Below, piece by piece: positions 49,334 to 60,276 of a DNA stretch of 64,000 bases. The stretch comes from Nitrosopumilus sp. (GTDB lineage Archaea > Thermoproteota > Nitrososphaeria > Nitrososphaerales > Nitrosopumilaceae). The notes under the pieces were generated by a model. It saw only the letters and a program-made list of their open reading frames with translations. It was not told the DNA's origin and made no database searches. Position numbers and translations under genes: made by a program. How positions within the stretch are numbered: the first letter of the stretch is position 1; every line of letters starts with the position of its first letter. The stretch is taken from NCBI GenBank assembly GCA_965197525.1, contig OZ240211.1:1312001-1376000 (forward strand). The letters are read 5' to 3'.

Positions 49334-50488
49334 ATGGTAGAAAGCAATTATGATATTTTAGGAATAGTCGAGGGTTCAACTGAGAAAGAGATCAGAGATG
49401 CGTTTAGACGACTAGCTTTACAATACCATTCAGACCGCGGAGGTCAAAACGAGCAATTTATAAAAATTAAACAGGCATACGATGATCTAAAAATCGGCAA
49501 AAAACATCCTGATACTGATAGTGAAAAACTAAGAAATTCCAAGGTATATTCTGGTGATACAGAAGCCGAGGTCAGACGGAAAAATCAAATTCTAGGCCAA
49601 GAGCTATTCAAAGAGATGCAGGATGCCGAAGAGTGGGCAGCGGCATTAAATAACTCAAATTCAGTTGGGACACGTCTGTTTGGTTCAAAAACGCTAGGTG
49701 AGATTGAGTTGGAACGAAAGGCTAACGGCGCGTTATCAATCAAAGGCAATTTTATGGCAGGGAGTCTAACATATGACGGTTCTATTATCATGCAAGGCAG
49801 TATTACTAGTCCATCTTGGACACAAGAGTTTCAAACGAATATCCACCTGACAAAAGGAGATTTCAAATTTATTGAACCATTGGAGAACAAATACAAAATT
49901 GAGAATGGTGCAAAGATTACTGTAGATGCCGGAAATATAGTTGTAGGAAATATTTATGGTAGAAAATTCAGGGTTGAGGATCCTCAAGGCAGGGTTGGTG
50001 TATATCAAATCCAAGAGCATAAGACGCGTCTTTCAGCTCCTAACGGAAAAATTATTGCAGAAAATCTCGTAGACACAGTTATACTTGAAGCAGATACCAT
50101 CATTGTTCTCAATGTAGAGGATGATGTTACACTATCTGCACGTGAAGTTTTATTTTATGGGGGGAAACTTACCTATGACTCTGTTATCGAATTGAAGCAG
50201 GGAGGTATAATTAGATTTTTTGAGAGTTTTTCGATTCAGGGTTTAAGCGGTGACGCAATCATTAAGCTTGAGAACGGGAAAAAAATCAGGCTCTTTGATC
50301 TTAAAACTAAGAAAATCAAAGATCTAGCTGATGAGTTTGTTCCTAATAAAGAGAACTATCAAAAGGACACAACAATGGTGGGGCACGGTTTCACAATTAC
50401 ATATGAGATGCTAGACTACCTCTCAAAGAAAGCAACCAAAAAACGTAAGACCAGCTGGGCTTCAAGATTTGGATTTACTAAAAACTAG
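49334..50488 (+). CDS. J-domain protein with C-terminal beta-rich domain
   Basis: YDILG...EIRDAFRRLALQYHSDRGG...F.KIKQAYD.L. Confidence 0.8.
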   Translation: MVESNYDILGIVEGSTEKEIRDAFRRLALQYHSDRGGQNEQFIKIKQAYDDLKIGKKHPDTDSEKLRNSKVYSGDTEAEVRRKNQILGQELFKEMQDAEEWAAALNNSNSVGTRLFGSKTLGEIELERKANGALSIKGNFMAGSLTYDGSIIMQGSITSPSWTQEFQTNIHLTKGDFKFIEPLENKYKIENGAKITVDAGNIVVGNIYGRKFRVEDPQGRVGVYQIQEHKTRLSAPNGKIIAENLVDTVILEADTIIVLNVEDDVTLSAREVLFYGGKLTYDSVIELKQGGIIRFFESFSIQGLSGDAIIKLENGKKIRLFDLKTKKIKDLADEFVPNKENYQKDTTMVGHGFTITYEMLDYLSKKATKKRKTSWASRFGFTKN

Positions 50489-50614
50489 TCTGTCTTGTTT
50501 ATTACAATATATTGATTCATGTTTACATAAACTTTGCATGTTAGATAGTGCTATGTTTCAATCTTTGTTGTATTAGAATTTCATTTGAACTTTTTTTATT
50601 AACATCACGCCATA

Positions 50615-51280
50615 TTACATTCTCATTATATCCGAATGTAACACATCATAAGCTCGTGATGAATCACGTCCATTAATAATGATTATTATACCGTCTTGGC
50701 TGAAAAACGCATTTACCAACTCTATTCCATTTGCATGTAATACCTCTGCCACATATGACACTACATCTGATTGATTATGCGAATTTGGCATTGAGATTCG
50801 AATCTTTGCAAGACCCGTATTAAACAAATCATCCCTTTGAGAGACGCTATTGAAAATTTCTCTAACATCCTCCATATCCTCAGTAAGAAATCTAAACGAG
50901 TCTGCTAATCTAAAAAATTCATAATTGTTAGTTACCTTGGAGAATTTATCTAATATTGTCATCGGATCCATCTCCTTTGAATCTTTTACTGAAAACTTGA
51001 CGTCCATAATTCCATCCGTTAGTGATAATCTTGCATCCTTCAAAATTGATTCTTCTTTTAGCTGTTCTTTGACCTCAAAAGAATCTGCATATCGCTTGAT
51101 CGCAACTACAATAGTATTGAGATTGACGGTACTTCCTGCAATCTTTTCTATATCTGGTTGAATTTTTACTGCTAGTGCGGTATAGTTTATCAAATCCATC
51201 TTCATGCAATCATAAATTGATCGATTTCTACTAATTATTGCCCTTACAACTTCTGGAACTGATACGCCTGTAATTCTCAT
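50615..51280 (-). CDS. Conserved archaeal ACT-domain protein
   Basis: LINYTALA, C-terminal ACT (VVSYVAEVLHANGIELV). Confidence 0.75.
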   Translation of the reverse strand: MRITGVSVPEVVRAIISRNRSIYDCMKMDLINYTALAVKIQPDIEKIAGSTVNLNTIVVAIKRYADSFEVKEQLKEESILKDARLSLTDGIMDVKFSVKDSKEMDPMTILDKFSKVTNNYEFFRLADSFRFLTEDMEDVREIFNSVSQRDDLFNTGLAKIRISMPNSHNQSDVVSYVAEVLHANGIELVNAFFSQDGIIIIINGRDSSRAYDVLHSDIMRM

Positions 51281-51370
51281 TTATACTATTACATATGTTA
51301 CTTATAATAACATTTTGTCATAAATTTCATAATAAACAATAAATTTTAAAATAAACAATAAACTTTAAAT

Positions 51371-51390
51371 TATGTAATATATATTACATA
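51371..51390. promoter_or_regulatory. Perfect 20-bp palindrome, candidate operator of the hsp20-cdc48 unit
   Basis: TATGTAATAT-ATATTACATA directly after TATA-like CTTTAAAT (51363-51370) and 12 bp before the ATG. Confidence 0.6.
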
Positions 51391-51402
51391 TTGTAGATAA
51401 AA

Positions 51403-51906
51403 ATGACAACATTCTTTGATAATGAGATAGATAGGATCTTCAAGAGAATGTCAAATCCTTTTTTTCACATGGATGACATCTTTGGAGATCTCCCAGCAGA
51501 TGAGGCCAAGTCATACAGTTTTGGTTATACCATGACAGTTGGTCCTGATGGGAGGGTTGTTGTAAGGAAGCTTGGAGATGCTGCTACTGATAAACCAGAT
51601 CTGCCTCCAAACTTTGATGTACGAGAACCAATCGTCGATACGATCGTCGATGAAAAAGAAGAGGCAGTAAAACTCATAGCTGAGATGCCAGGAGTTGAAA
51701 AGACAGATGTTAAAATTCTTGTTGATGAAAACAAGATGGTGGATATTTCAGCAGAACGTGATACCAAAAAATATCATATACGTGTCCCATTAAAGCACAA
51801 AGTTGTTGAAGATTCTGCAAAAGCATCTTACAAAAACGGAATTCTACAACTAGTATTCAAACTAGTTGACAACAAACCAACTGGTAAAAAAGTGGAGGTT
51901 CAATAA
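51403..51906 (+). CDS. hsp20: Archaeal small heat-shock protein Hsp20
   Basis: GYTMTVGPDG, REPIVD, IAEMPGV.K, KASYKNGIL. Confidence 0.93.
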   Translation: MTTFFDNEIDRIFKRMSNPFFHMDDIFGDLPADEAKSYSFGYTMTVGPDGRVVVRKLGDAATDKPDLPPNFDVREPIVDTIVDEKEEAVKLIAEMPGVEKTDVKILVDENKMVDISAERDTKKYHIRVPLKHKVVEDSAKASYKNGILQLVFKLVDNKPTGKKVEVQ

Positions 51907-51945
51907 CCTCTTCTCTTTTTTTTTTGATAAAGAAGAAGTGATATT

Positions 51946-54087
51946 ATGAGTGAGATAATTTTAAAGATATCTGAAACCTCACAGCAACATGTTGGGAGAG
52001 GCAGAGGGATTGTTGACCCAAAGATTATTGAGGAACAAAAATGGAATACCGGTCAAATTATGGAATTAGCACATAATAAAAAAACAGCAGTAAAGCTATG
52101 GCCCGGCACACCTGACGAATATGGAACAGGAGTAATCAAGATCGATGGAATTACAAGACAAAATCTAGGTGCTGGTATAGGTGACAAAGTTTTACTAAGA
52201 CCGATCGAGTCAGTCAACGCCAAACAGATTGTATTATCTCCAACACAGAAAATTACCACAGAAGGTTTACAGGAATATATGGTTTACAACTATCTTAATC
52301 ACGTGTTTACAACCGGAGATTCAATATCCCTAAATACACATATGGGTAGCAAGATTGAGTTCATTGTAACTAGCATCTCGCCGTCAAGACCCTCCATTGT
52401 TACAGAAGATACTGTATTCAAACTTGGAACAATAACCAAACCGGTTAATTCCTCTATACCCAGAGTAACATACGACGAACTTGGGGGTCTGAAACGTGAA
52501 GTCTCAAAGATTCGTGAGATGGTTGAGCTGCCCATGAGACATCCTGAGTTATTTGAAAAAATTGGTGTTGATGCACCAAAAGGCGTTTTGTTGTATGGGC
52601 CACCTGGAACTGGTAAGACTCTACTTGCCAAAGCAGTTACTGGAGAGACTAATGCTCATTTTATTACATTGTCAGGTCCTGAGATTATGGGCAAGCATTA
52701 TGGAGAGAGTGAAGAGAGAATACGAGAAATTTTTGCACAGGCAAAAGAGAATGCTCCTAGTATTATTTTTATCGATGAGATTGACTCCATTGCTCCAAAG
52801 AGAGACGATGTGTCAGGCGAGTTAGAGAAACGTATTGTATCTCAACTATTAACGCTGATGGACGGTATGAAATCTAGAGGACAAGTTGTAGTTATTGCAG
52901 CTACCAACAGACCTGACTCTATTGATCCTGCACTCAGAAGACCGGGCAGATTTGACAGGGAGATTGAAATTGGTATTCCCGACGATCAGGGAAGATTCGA
53001 TATCTTGTCTATTCACACTCGTGGAATGCCAATTAACGACCAAGGAGTAGACCTCCGACAAATATCAAAGATTACACATGGATTTGTAGGAGCTGATTTG
53101 GAGATGTTATCAAAGGAAGCTGCAATGAGCTCTCTGCGCAGGGTTCTTCCTGAGATTGATCTTGATGAAGAAAAGATCTCCTCTGATATCCTTCAAAAGA
53201 TTCAGATTAGCAATAAAGATTTCAAAGATGCGTTAAAAGAGATTAAGCCAAGTGCCCTTCGGGAAGTTCAAGTGCAAATTCCAAATGTTAGCTGGGATGA
53301 TGTTGGTGGACTAGATCAGCTCAAAGAAGAGCTTCGCGAGTCAGTAGAGTGGCCAATAAAACACAAGGAAGCATATGATTATGTTGGCGTCGAATCTCCT
53401 AAAGGAATCTTACTTTATGGCCCTCCTGGAACTGGCAAGACAATGATCGCCAAAGCACTTGCAAAGATGACCGAATCCAACTTTATTAGTATAAAGGGAC
53501 CAGAACTACTCTCAAAATGGGTAGGCGAATCTGAGAGAGGAGTGCGAGAGATTTTTAGAAAAGCACGACAGGCCGCACCATGTATAGTATTTTTAGATGA
53601 GATTGACGCACTAGTCCCAAGAAGAAGCAACAACGATTCATCACACGTTACAGAAAATGTTGTCTCTCAAATTCTAACTGAGATTGATGGATTAGAGGAA
53701 CTACACAATGTCCTGATAGTTGGCGCAACAAACCGTCTAGACATTGTAGATGAGGCCGTTCTCAGACCAGGCAGGTTTGATAGGATTATCCAAGTCCCAA
53801 ACCCTGATACTTTAGGACGAGAACATATCTTTAACATTCATACACGAAACAAACCTCTTGCATCTGACGTAGAGATCTCGAAATTGGCAGAGTTAACCGA
53901 TAACTTTAGCGGAGCCGAGATTGCAGCAGCAACTAATAGAGCAGCAATAACTGCTCTGAAGAGATATGTCAGCGACAATTCTCGTAGTCTTAAAAACATA
54001 AAGATTACTCTACAAGATCTAACTGATGCTATAACAAAGGTTAAACCTCAAAAGGTAGAAGTTCCAATCACACAGTTCATAAAATAG
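51946..54087 (+). CDS. cdc48: CDC48/VAT AAA+ ATPase
   Basis: N-domain plus two AAA modules (GPPGTGKT twice, DEID, RPGRFD). Confidence 0.96.
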   Translation: MSEIILKISETSQQHVGRGRGIVDPKIIEEQKWNTGQIMELAHNKKTAVKLWPGTPDEYGTGVIKIDGITRQNLGAGIGDKVLLRPIESVNAKQIVLSPTQKITTEGLQEYMVYNYLNHVFTTGDSISLNTHMGSKIEFIVTSISPSRPSIVTEDTVFKLGTITKPVNSSIPRVTYDELGGLKREVSKIREMVELPMRHPELFEKIGVDAPKGVLLYGPPGTGKTLLAKAVTGETNAHFITLSGPEIMGKHYGESEERIREIFAQAKENAPSIIFIDEIDSIAPKRDDVSGELEKRIVSQLLTLMDGMKSRGQVVVIAATNRPDSIDPALRRPGRFDREIEIGIPDDQGRFDILSIHTRGMPINDQGVDLRQISKITHGFVGADLEMLSKEAAMSSLRRVLPEIDLDEEKISSDILQKIQISNKDFKDALKEIKPSALREVQVQIPNVSWDDVGGLDQLKEELRESVEWPIKHKEAYDYVGVESPKGILLYGPPGTGKTMIAKALAKMTESNFISIKGPELLSKWVGESERGVREIFRKARQAAPCIVFLDEIDALVPRRSNNDSSHVTENVVSQILTEIDGLEELHNVLIVGATNRLDIVDEAVLRPGRFDRIIQVPNPDTLGREHIFNIHTRNKPLASDVEISKLAELTDNFSGAEIAAATNRAAITALKRYVSDNSRSLKNIKITLQDLTDAITKVKPQKVEVPITQFIK

Positions 54088-54116
54088 TCTAAATACTAAT
54101 GATATTGGTATAAAAC

Positions 54117-54335
54117 ATGAAACTTTATCTTGATTTTGAACCGTGCAAAGACTGTCATACTATGATGAATGAGTTGAGCAGTCCTGAAATGTTACTATCT
54201 GATGAAAAGACTAGGACTGATGAATCTGCAAAATTTCTCCGACATTTAACATATAATCACACCGAAGTAGTTCAAGCTGTTCTAAATGATCTTCCAAAAC
54301 AGAAAAAAGATCAAGAGCCTGATTTTTATCAGTGA
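54117..54335 (+). CDS. Small hypothetical protein
   Basis: 72-aa ORF with CKDC and H..Y.H. Confidence 0.55.
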   Translation: MKLYLDFEPCKDCHTMMNELSSPEMLLSDEKTRTDESAKFLRHLTYNHTEVVQAVLNDLPKQKKDQEPDFYQ

Positions 54336-54455
54336 GATCTTCTTCAGCAACTTACAAAATAATAATTAACATTAACTCTTATCACACGTTTATACATTCA
54401 TCCATTTTTAGTTCGGCAGCAGCAACTTCAAATTTATTATTATCGTAATGTCTTA

Positions 54456-54500
54456 TAATCTAATTAAAAATAATCTAATTAAAAATAATCTAATTAAAAA
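54456..54500. repeat. 3 x 15-bp tandem repeat TAATCTAATTAAAAA spanning the tfb stop codon
   Basis: Read directly: 54456-54470, 54471-54485, 54486-54500. Confidence 0.9.
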
Positions 54501-55419
54501 TATCCAGCGTATTTTTTATTAACGCTGCTCTATTTCTAATTGTAACGTCACTTATCTCAGTCTCCTTTGCGAATTTATTTTGAGATATTTTCTCATCATT
54601 TATGATACATGAAATATACAACGATGCAGCAGCTTGTGCCATAGGATGTTTCCCTGCAGTAATACGCTCTTCTTCACATCGCTTTAGTATGTTTAATGCA
54701 TCTCGTTTTGTTTTCTCTCTCAAATTCATATTGTTTGAGATTTTTGAGATAAATGAGGCTGTATCATACTGTTCTAGATGCAGTTCTAATCTCTTTACAA
54801 TGGTCCTCAAGTCTCTGGCAAGTATCTTCTTTTCTACGTTACCTGCTTTTGCAATATCATTTAACGTTCTTGGGATGTTGTTTTCTCTGCATGCAGCATA
54901 TAATGCAGCTGCAATCAATGATGTTCTAGTTCTTCCTCTAGTCAATTTTGCACTAACTATTTTTCTGTAAATATATGCTGCATTTTCCACTACATTGTTT
55001 GGAATTCCTAGTTTTGTCTTCATTGCATACAACAGACTAAATGCTTTGCTCAAATTAGCCATCTTTCTTGTCTTGCTTCGTTGATCCCACATACGTAGTC
55101 TATTAAACTCGTTTTTTACCTTGTTTGATAATACAGTACCAGAAGAATCTTTACCTACACCAATTACAGTTGATAGACCTCTATCATACATCGCTAAAGA
55201 TGTAGCAGAATTTATTCTTGCATGCATCATCAAATTTTGTTGTAAGTGTACACCACTCTCGTATGAGGAATCATCTATTTGTTGCATCAGAAGAGTCCCG
55301 CAACCACCGCAAACAACCTCGCCTCTCTCAAAGTCGGTTATTGTTTGAACAGTTTTGCACGTGTCTAGTTTACACTTGAGATCATTACTGATCGAATAAT
55401 TTTTTTTCACTACTAACAT
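54490..55419 (-). CDS. tfb: Transcription initiation factor IIB paralog
   Basis: Zn ribbon ITDFERGEVVCGGCG; RLRMWD; two cyclin folds (GRTR..LIAAALY.ACR, GKHP...AAA.LY). Confidence 0.93.
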   Translation of the reverse strand: MLVVKKNYSISNDLKCKLDTCKTVQTITDFERGEVVCGGCGTLLMQQIDDSSYESGVHLQQNLMMHARINSATSLAMYDRGLSTVIGVGKDSSGTVLSNKVKNEFNRLRMWDQRSKTRKMANLSKAFSLLYAMKTKLGIPNNVVENAAYIYRKIVSAKLTRGRTRTSLIAAALYAACRENNIPRTLNDIAKAGNVEKKILARDLRTIVKRLELHLEQYDTASFISKISNNMNLREKTKRDALNILKRCEEERITAGKHPMAQAAASLYISCIINDEKISQNKFAKETEISDVTIRNRAALIKNTLDIFN

Positions 55420-55567
55420 ATTTTAGCTGTTATAAAATAAAAACAGTTAGTTTCAGGTAATTTTATACCCGTAATTCAATCTCAAGTACGAAAAATTCCT
55501 TAAATTTTTGATAACGTGAATTCCATTTACGGTTTGATATGCCTTGTAATAAATGTTAAACATATTT

Positions 55568-56865
55568 CAGTAGTCGGAAATGTACCCCCTAAACCAACCA
55601 ACAGATGTTCTCAATTATGTTAACATTTTTCGAACATACCGATCTATTATCTACAGTGCCCTTACCCACCTTAGTGTTAGCACAAAAAGGTGGGCAGGTA
55701 CACCGTAATAAGATCGGAGAAAGGATACTTAATACCTTGTCAGGAATACTAGAATCCGCATCTATGGGATTCCCTACGAGGAACAATGCCCAATACGGGA
55801 TGAGCGAGTTTGCAGCCATACTGATGAAGATGTCTGAATCCAACATAGCCTCCGAGGAGGCAATCCGGCTGCTCAAGCACGCCAAAAAGAAGATGCCGTC
55901 GCCCAAGTGGTTTCGCAACATGATAAACTCGCTGGAATCAGACAGTGCAGACGAACTCTGCATGGATATGATCACCGCACCGCAAGGCTTGCCAAGAATA
56001 CGTGCCGGTACAAGGGGGGCGTACTAGAGCAATAGATAAACACCTGATACCAAGGCACGACAAGGACAACATGTCACATCTGACAAGGCCCAAACCAAAG
56101 GGCGGTACAAGCAAGTTCGAGTGTTACGCAACAATGCATGTGGTAGCAGAACAGGTTCCGGCCATTTTGGAGTGCATGCAGGTCACGCGCAGCGTGGATG
56201 ACGCCGACTTTGTGCGTAAATTCGTGCAAAAACTCAAGGGTTACAGGATACGGGCCCGGCTGCTGCTGATGGATCGCGAGTTTTACTCGACTGAGATAAT
56301 CAGGCTTGTATCAGAACAGAGACACAAGTTCCTGATGCCGGCAGTCAAGAACACGGGGATAAAGAGGGTGATACGGGAGCATCACGATAAATTACGCAAG
56401 GCAGTCTCACAGTACACCGTCAGAAACGCAGCAGGCCAGTCTGCCACATTTACATTGATAATCACGCCCTCAAAAAAGATAGACGACTCTGATGCCGATG
56501 CCACAGAAAGATACCATGTCTTTGCCACCAACCTTTCCCAGGTCAGGGCACTAGACGAGATTGATACACTTCCAGAGGAATACAGGAGAAGGTGGTGGAT
56601 ATAGACAGGATACAAGCAGGTCGAGCAGGTGCGCCCGAGGACAACAAGTCGCAATGCGTCGTTTAGGGCAATAATGTTTTACGTCTCGCTGTTCATGTAC
56701 AACACGTGGGCAGTAGAGCAGTACCGTGAAGATTCGAGTTATGATCGGGTAACTCTGGCACTTGTTGCATATGCTGCGGCAATGGCTGCATTGGAATTAT
56801 GTAGGATTGTGGGTCAACCATATGATGTCGGAGGATCTGCCTAAGGGGTAAATTTCCGACTACTG
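55568..56865 (+). mobile_element. ISH3-like IS, second and degenerate copy, 1298 bp
   Basis: Left TIR CAGTAGTCGGAAATGTAC; right TIR has one mismatch; TSD TATTT at 55563-55567 and 56866-56870. Confidence 0.93.
55617..56844 (+). pseudogene. ISH3-like transposase pseudogene
   Basis: Two 1-bp deletions relative to copy 1 (near 55975 and 56027) and GAG to TAG at the catalytic Glu (56602-56604). Confidence 0.9.
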
Positions 56866-56968
56866 TATTTTGTGTATGCACTCATGTCCAATGCAAATCT
56901 GGGTACGAATTTGCAAAAATTATGTCTTTGTTTATATGGGATCTGAGCCCACACATTTTTGCAGATTG

Positions 56969-57160
56969 CTACTTTCTAATTGATTCTAAAGAATGTCCAC
57001 GGTTGGTGATCATCTGAGTAACGGCTTCTACGGTGTAATCAATTCCATGTTCTTCATCGAAATGATTTCTCAATTTTTGAATCAGACCCACCGTTTTCTC
57101 CTCATCTAATACGTAATCACATTCAAAACCATAGTCTTCGCATCTTAGTTTTAACGTCAT
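56969..57160 (-). CDS. DUF1059-like small metal-binding protein (ORF track start 57220)
   Basis: LRCEDYGFEC...H..EEHG. Confidence 0.7.
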   Translation of the reverse strand: MTLKLRCEDYGFECDYVLDEEKTVGLIQKLRNHFDEEHGIDYTVEAVTQMITNRGHSLESIRK

Positions 57161-57670
57161 TTGATCTAGGTGGTATATAGAACCTATAAAAACTATGGAC
57201 ATAAATGACAGATAGTCCATACATTCTAAATTATTTCGTCACATCGCCTCTTACATGATACAAGCCAGATAATTAATTCATAAATTTGGATGAAAGGTTT
57301 AGAGTTCGTTTTCTTGAAGTTCGGCGTTAGGTATATTTCTGCGATACAAGATCACGAATATCCATACTGCTTGAACGTAACTATTATGGAATAGTCGTAA
57401 TCAATACAGCTGCAAACACGGTTTATCAGTCACGTATTAACTGTAGGTGATCATTAATGAGTGCAATTATTAATAATTAATTCAAAATGATGATGATACA
57501 ACCTAATAATTTGTGAAATCTTTCACATATGTAGATTTGACCAGTAACTTGATAGAAGTATTCACAAACAGTAACTTCATAAAGTTATCATAGAACTATA
57601 TCATGGTATGTAGATTAAACAATGTGATTTACATGAACTATAATTTTGTTTTTAAAAACACTTGGTCTGA

Positions 57671-57943
57671 TTATTTAAAAAATTGATCGACCTGATCTCT
57701 AAACTTGAGAGTAATCTTTCCAAAATCTGTAAAATCATCTGCAGTTGGATATTTCATTTTCGTTGCATATTGATTGATGAACACTGACAATGCGCCACCA
57801 ACGATCAAATTATTAACACAATCTGCTATGTTATTCGAATACGGAAATGCAACCTTGATAAATGGCAAGTATGTCTCTGTTTGCGAGATCATTAGTTTGA
57901 TGTGCTCTTCAACATGTTTTTCAATATCCTCTGGAATTGCCAT
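57671..57943 (-). CDS. Conserved hypothetical protein
   Basis: Clean 90-aa ORF. Confidence 0.6.
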   Translation of the reverse strand: MAIPEDIEKHVEEHIKLMISQTETYLPFIKVAFPYSNNIADCVNNLIVGGALSVFINQYATKMKYPTADDFTDFGKITLKFRDQVDQFFK

Positions 57944-58060
57944 AATTTTGGCTCCCTAATTTCTTATAAATATGATATTATTCTTGACTGCGCACCTGCT
58001 CAAAACAAGCCTACACATCTTAGAGAAAAAAAACAATTCAACTCTCACTCTGTCGTCTTT

Positions 58061-58408
58061 ATGTCAATAAAATTAAATTTATACTCTAAACTCTTGTCTA
58101 TATTGCTAGAATTAGACAAAAAAGTATTTGGAAAGATAACAACAAAGGAGATTATTGGCGCCGCACCACCTGCATTTCCTGATACTCGAGATATTTTAGA
58201 AGAAGAGCTTGAATCATTACTTGTGCAGCTAGTCCCGCTATCAAAAGAGAATCTAGAAAGGCTCTTAGAGCAACAGCAGATCGTGCAGTTACATGTTAAC
58301 AACAGACCAGGTGCTATGGCTCTAGCTCAAACCAAAATTCGTTTATTCAACGACTACAATCAAAAGTATATTCAAGCCATTAAACAAAGACTGGAAACAT
58401 TATCTTAA
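58061..58408 (+). CDS. Hypothetical protein (ORF track start 57902)
   Basis: Helical ORF from ATG 58061; HVNNRPGAMALAQ. Confidence 0.55.
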   Translation: MSIKLNLYSKLLSILLELDKKVFGKITTKEIIGAAPPAFPDTRDILEEELESLLVQLVPLSKENLERLLEQQQIVQLHVNNRPGAMALAQTKIRLFNDYNQKYIQAIKQRLETLS

Positions 58409-58683
58409 ACATACAACCATTAAAAATGGATACAAAGATCAGTGGGGAAAATGAAAATTGAGACAAGTTAGTAAAGATGTATCTAATAATCCAGAATTGT
58501 TTGTTGTAAACAATAATGCACAAGTAAAAACCATCAAACGAAGGACACATCTATTTCAAACCCGTCATCCCTGCATACTAGTGATTTAGAATATTTTAAC
58601 ACTGCAACAGTCTCATTTGCCGTCATACCGTTTTAAGTTACAATTAGAGATTTTTGTTGAATACATAATTTTATCATTTGCGT

Positions 58684-60171
58684 TTATTTGTCTTCTGTAT
58701 TTTTAGGATCTTTTTTGATAAATCCTCCTTCAGTTGGTTCTGGAGGAGGTATCTTCTTTGATCTTCCTAGTCCCATGGTTGTAATAATTACCGATGATAA
58801 AATAATAAAGAATACAAGTTGTGGATATGCATCAGCATTTGGCAGTCCCATGGTTATAGGATATGTTGCAAGTACAGCCGCTGCCAAACCTCTTGGGATC
58901 ATAGCATTTGTAACTGCTCTATCCAATCGTGAGAATCTCTTTGTCAACGTTATTTTACCTACAAACACTCTTCCAAAATAGACCACAATTGTCACTAGTA
59001 TTCCGAATACCAAGTATTCTATCTGTCCAAAACTTGCCATAAGTCCTACAAAGACAAAAAAGAACGATCGTACCAAAAATGTTAACTGATTGTGTGTTGG
59101 GTCATCGATTTCAATTTTCGGAATTCTAAATTTGAGTACGCGTGAGAGATGTTGTTTATTTCCAATCATTAATCCAAATACTAGTGCTGTTAGTGCACCT
59201 GACTCTCCAAACGTGTTTGCCAAGAAGAATAACACAAATAATATTCCCAATGTCAGCATGTATGCGTGTTGTGCGTTACCAAGTTTTGTTGATATATACA
59301 TCCATGGAACGCCCACTCCAAATCCCAGAATCAACCCAACGACTATTGCTCTTCCTATGGTTTCTTGCAGTGTTGTTATGTCAAATTGCCCTGCTAGCAC
59401 TGCTTCAAATAATATGAATGCAATAATTGTGGCTAAAATATCAGTTAGCGCAGACTCGAAACTTAGCATTGATTTTACCTCTTCTGAAATTTTGATATTT
59501 CTGACCAGTCCAAATACAATTGCCGAACTACTACCACCTACAATGGCACCTAGCAATATACTATCAAGCCATAACCATCCTAGTGCAAAGTGGGCAGCAA
59601 TTGAGATTATTGAAACTGACAATATAAAACCAATAATTGCAAGAGCAAATGAGAAATGAGCAGTCTTTATGACATGTCTAATATCCAGATTCAATCCCCC
59701 ATCAAACATGATAATTATCAATGCCAAGGCTGCAAAATACGGAACTATCTGTATTACAGTCTCTGGTTGAATAATTCCTAGTATTGGTCCAATAATTACT
59801 CCAAGAATCATAAGAAAAGCTACATCTGGAATGCCAGTTTTTTTAAAGAACGCCTCGCCCATAACTCCGAGAAAGATTACCACACCAGCTGCAAGTAGTA
59901 TAACATGGGCTTCTGCAAGCGATCCGTTCTCACTGATAATCCCATTCATCACTCCCTGCAGTTCTGCAAGAAATTCGTTCTCACTGATAATCCCATTCAT
60001 CACTCCCTGCAGTTCTGCAAGAAATTCGTTCTCACTGATAATCCCATTCATCACTCCCTGCAGTTCTGCAATCTTTTCAAAAACTATATTCAAATCTAAA
60101 TTAGATAATGGGATTATATCCTCTATCTGTCCCTGAATTAAACTTAGAATAGATAAAGATAAAAAATACAC
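58684..60171 (-). CDS. Cation:proton antiporter (CPA1/NhaP-like) with N-terminal repeat extension
   Basis: LIIIMFDGGL, LLGAIVGGSSSAIV, LSFESALTD, FFFVFVG, PRGLAAAVLA. Confidence 0.9.
   Translation of the reverse strand: MYFLSLSILSLIQGQIEDIIPLSNLDLNIVFEKIAELQGVMNGIISENEFLAELQGVMNGIISENEFLAELQGVMNGIISENGSLAEAHVILLAAGVVIFLGVMGEAFFKKTGIPDVAFLMILGVIIGPILGIIQPETVIQIVPYFAALALIIIMFDGGLNLDIRHVIKTAHFSFALAIIGFILSVSIISIAAHFALGWLWLDSILLGAIVGGSSSAIVFGLVRNIKISEEVKSMLSFESALTDILATIIAFILFEAVLAGQFDITTLQETIGRAIVVGLILGFGVGVPWMYISTKLGNAQHAYMLTLGILFVLFFLANTFGESGALTALVFGLMIGNKQHLSRVLKFRIPKIEIDDPTHNQLTFLVRSFFFVFVGLMASFGQIEYLVFGILVTIVVYFGRVFVGKITLTKRFSRLDRAVTNAMIPRGLAAAVLATYPITMGLPNADAYPQLVFFIILSSVIITTMGLGRSKKIPPPEPTEGGFIKKDPKNTEDK
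59925..60071. repeat. About 3 x 51-bp perfect tandem repeat (17-aa unit LAELQGVMNGIISENEF)
   Basis: Units start at 59925, 59976 and 60027. Confidence 0.93.
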
Positions 60172-60276
60172 TGCAAACGTCTTTTTTCTTTCTTCATAAA
60201 AATTATTCTTGATTAATTTAACTACATGGATCCTTTTTGTTAATAGTTACACATAAAATCACTCATTTCATATCTC

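Noticed and set aside
59925-60071. 51-bp repeats as a CRISPR array
   Set aside because: Head-to-tail with no spacers and in frame within a CDS.
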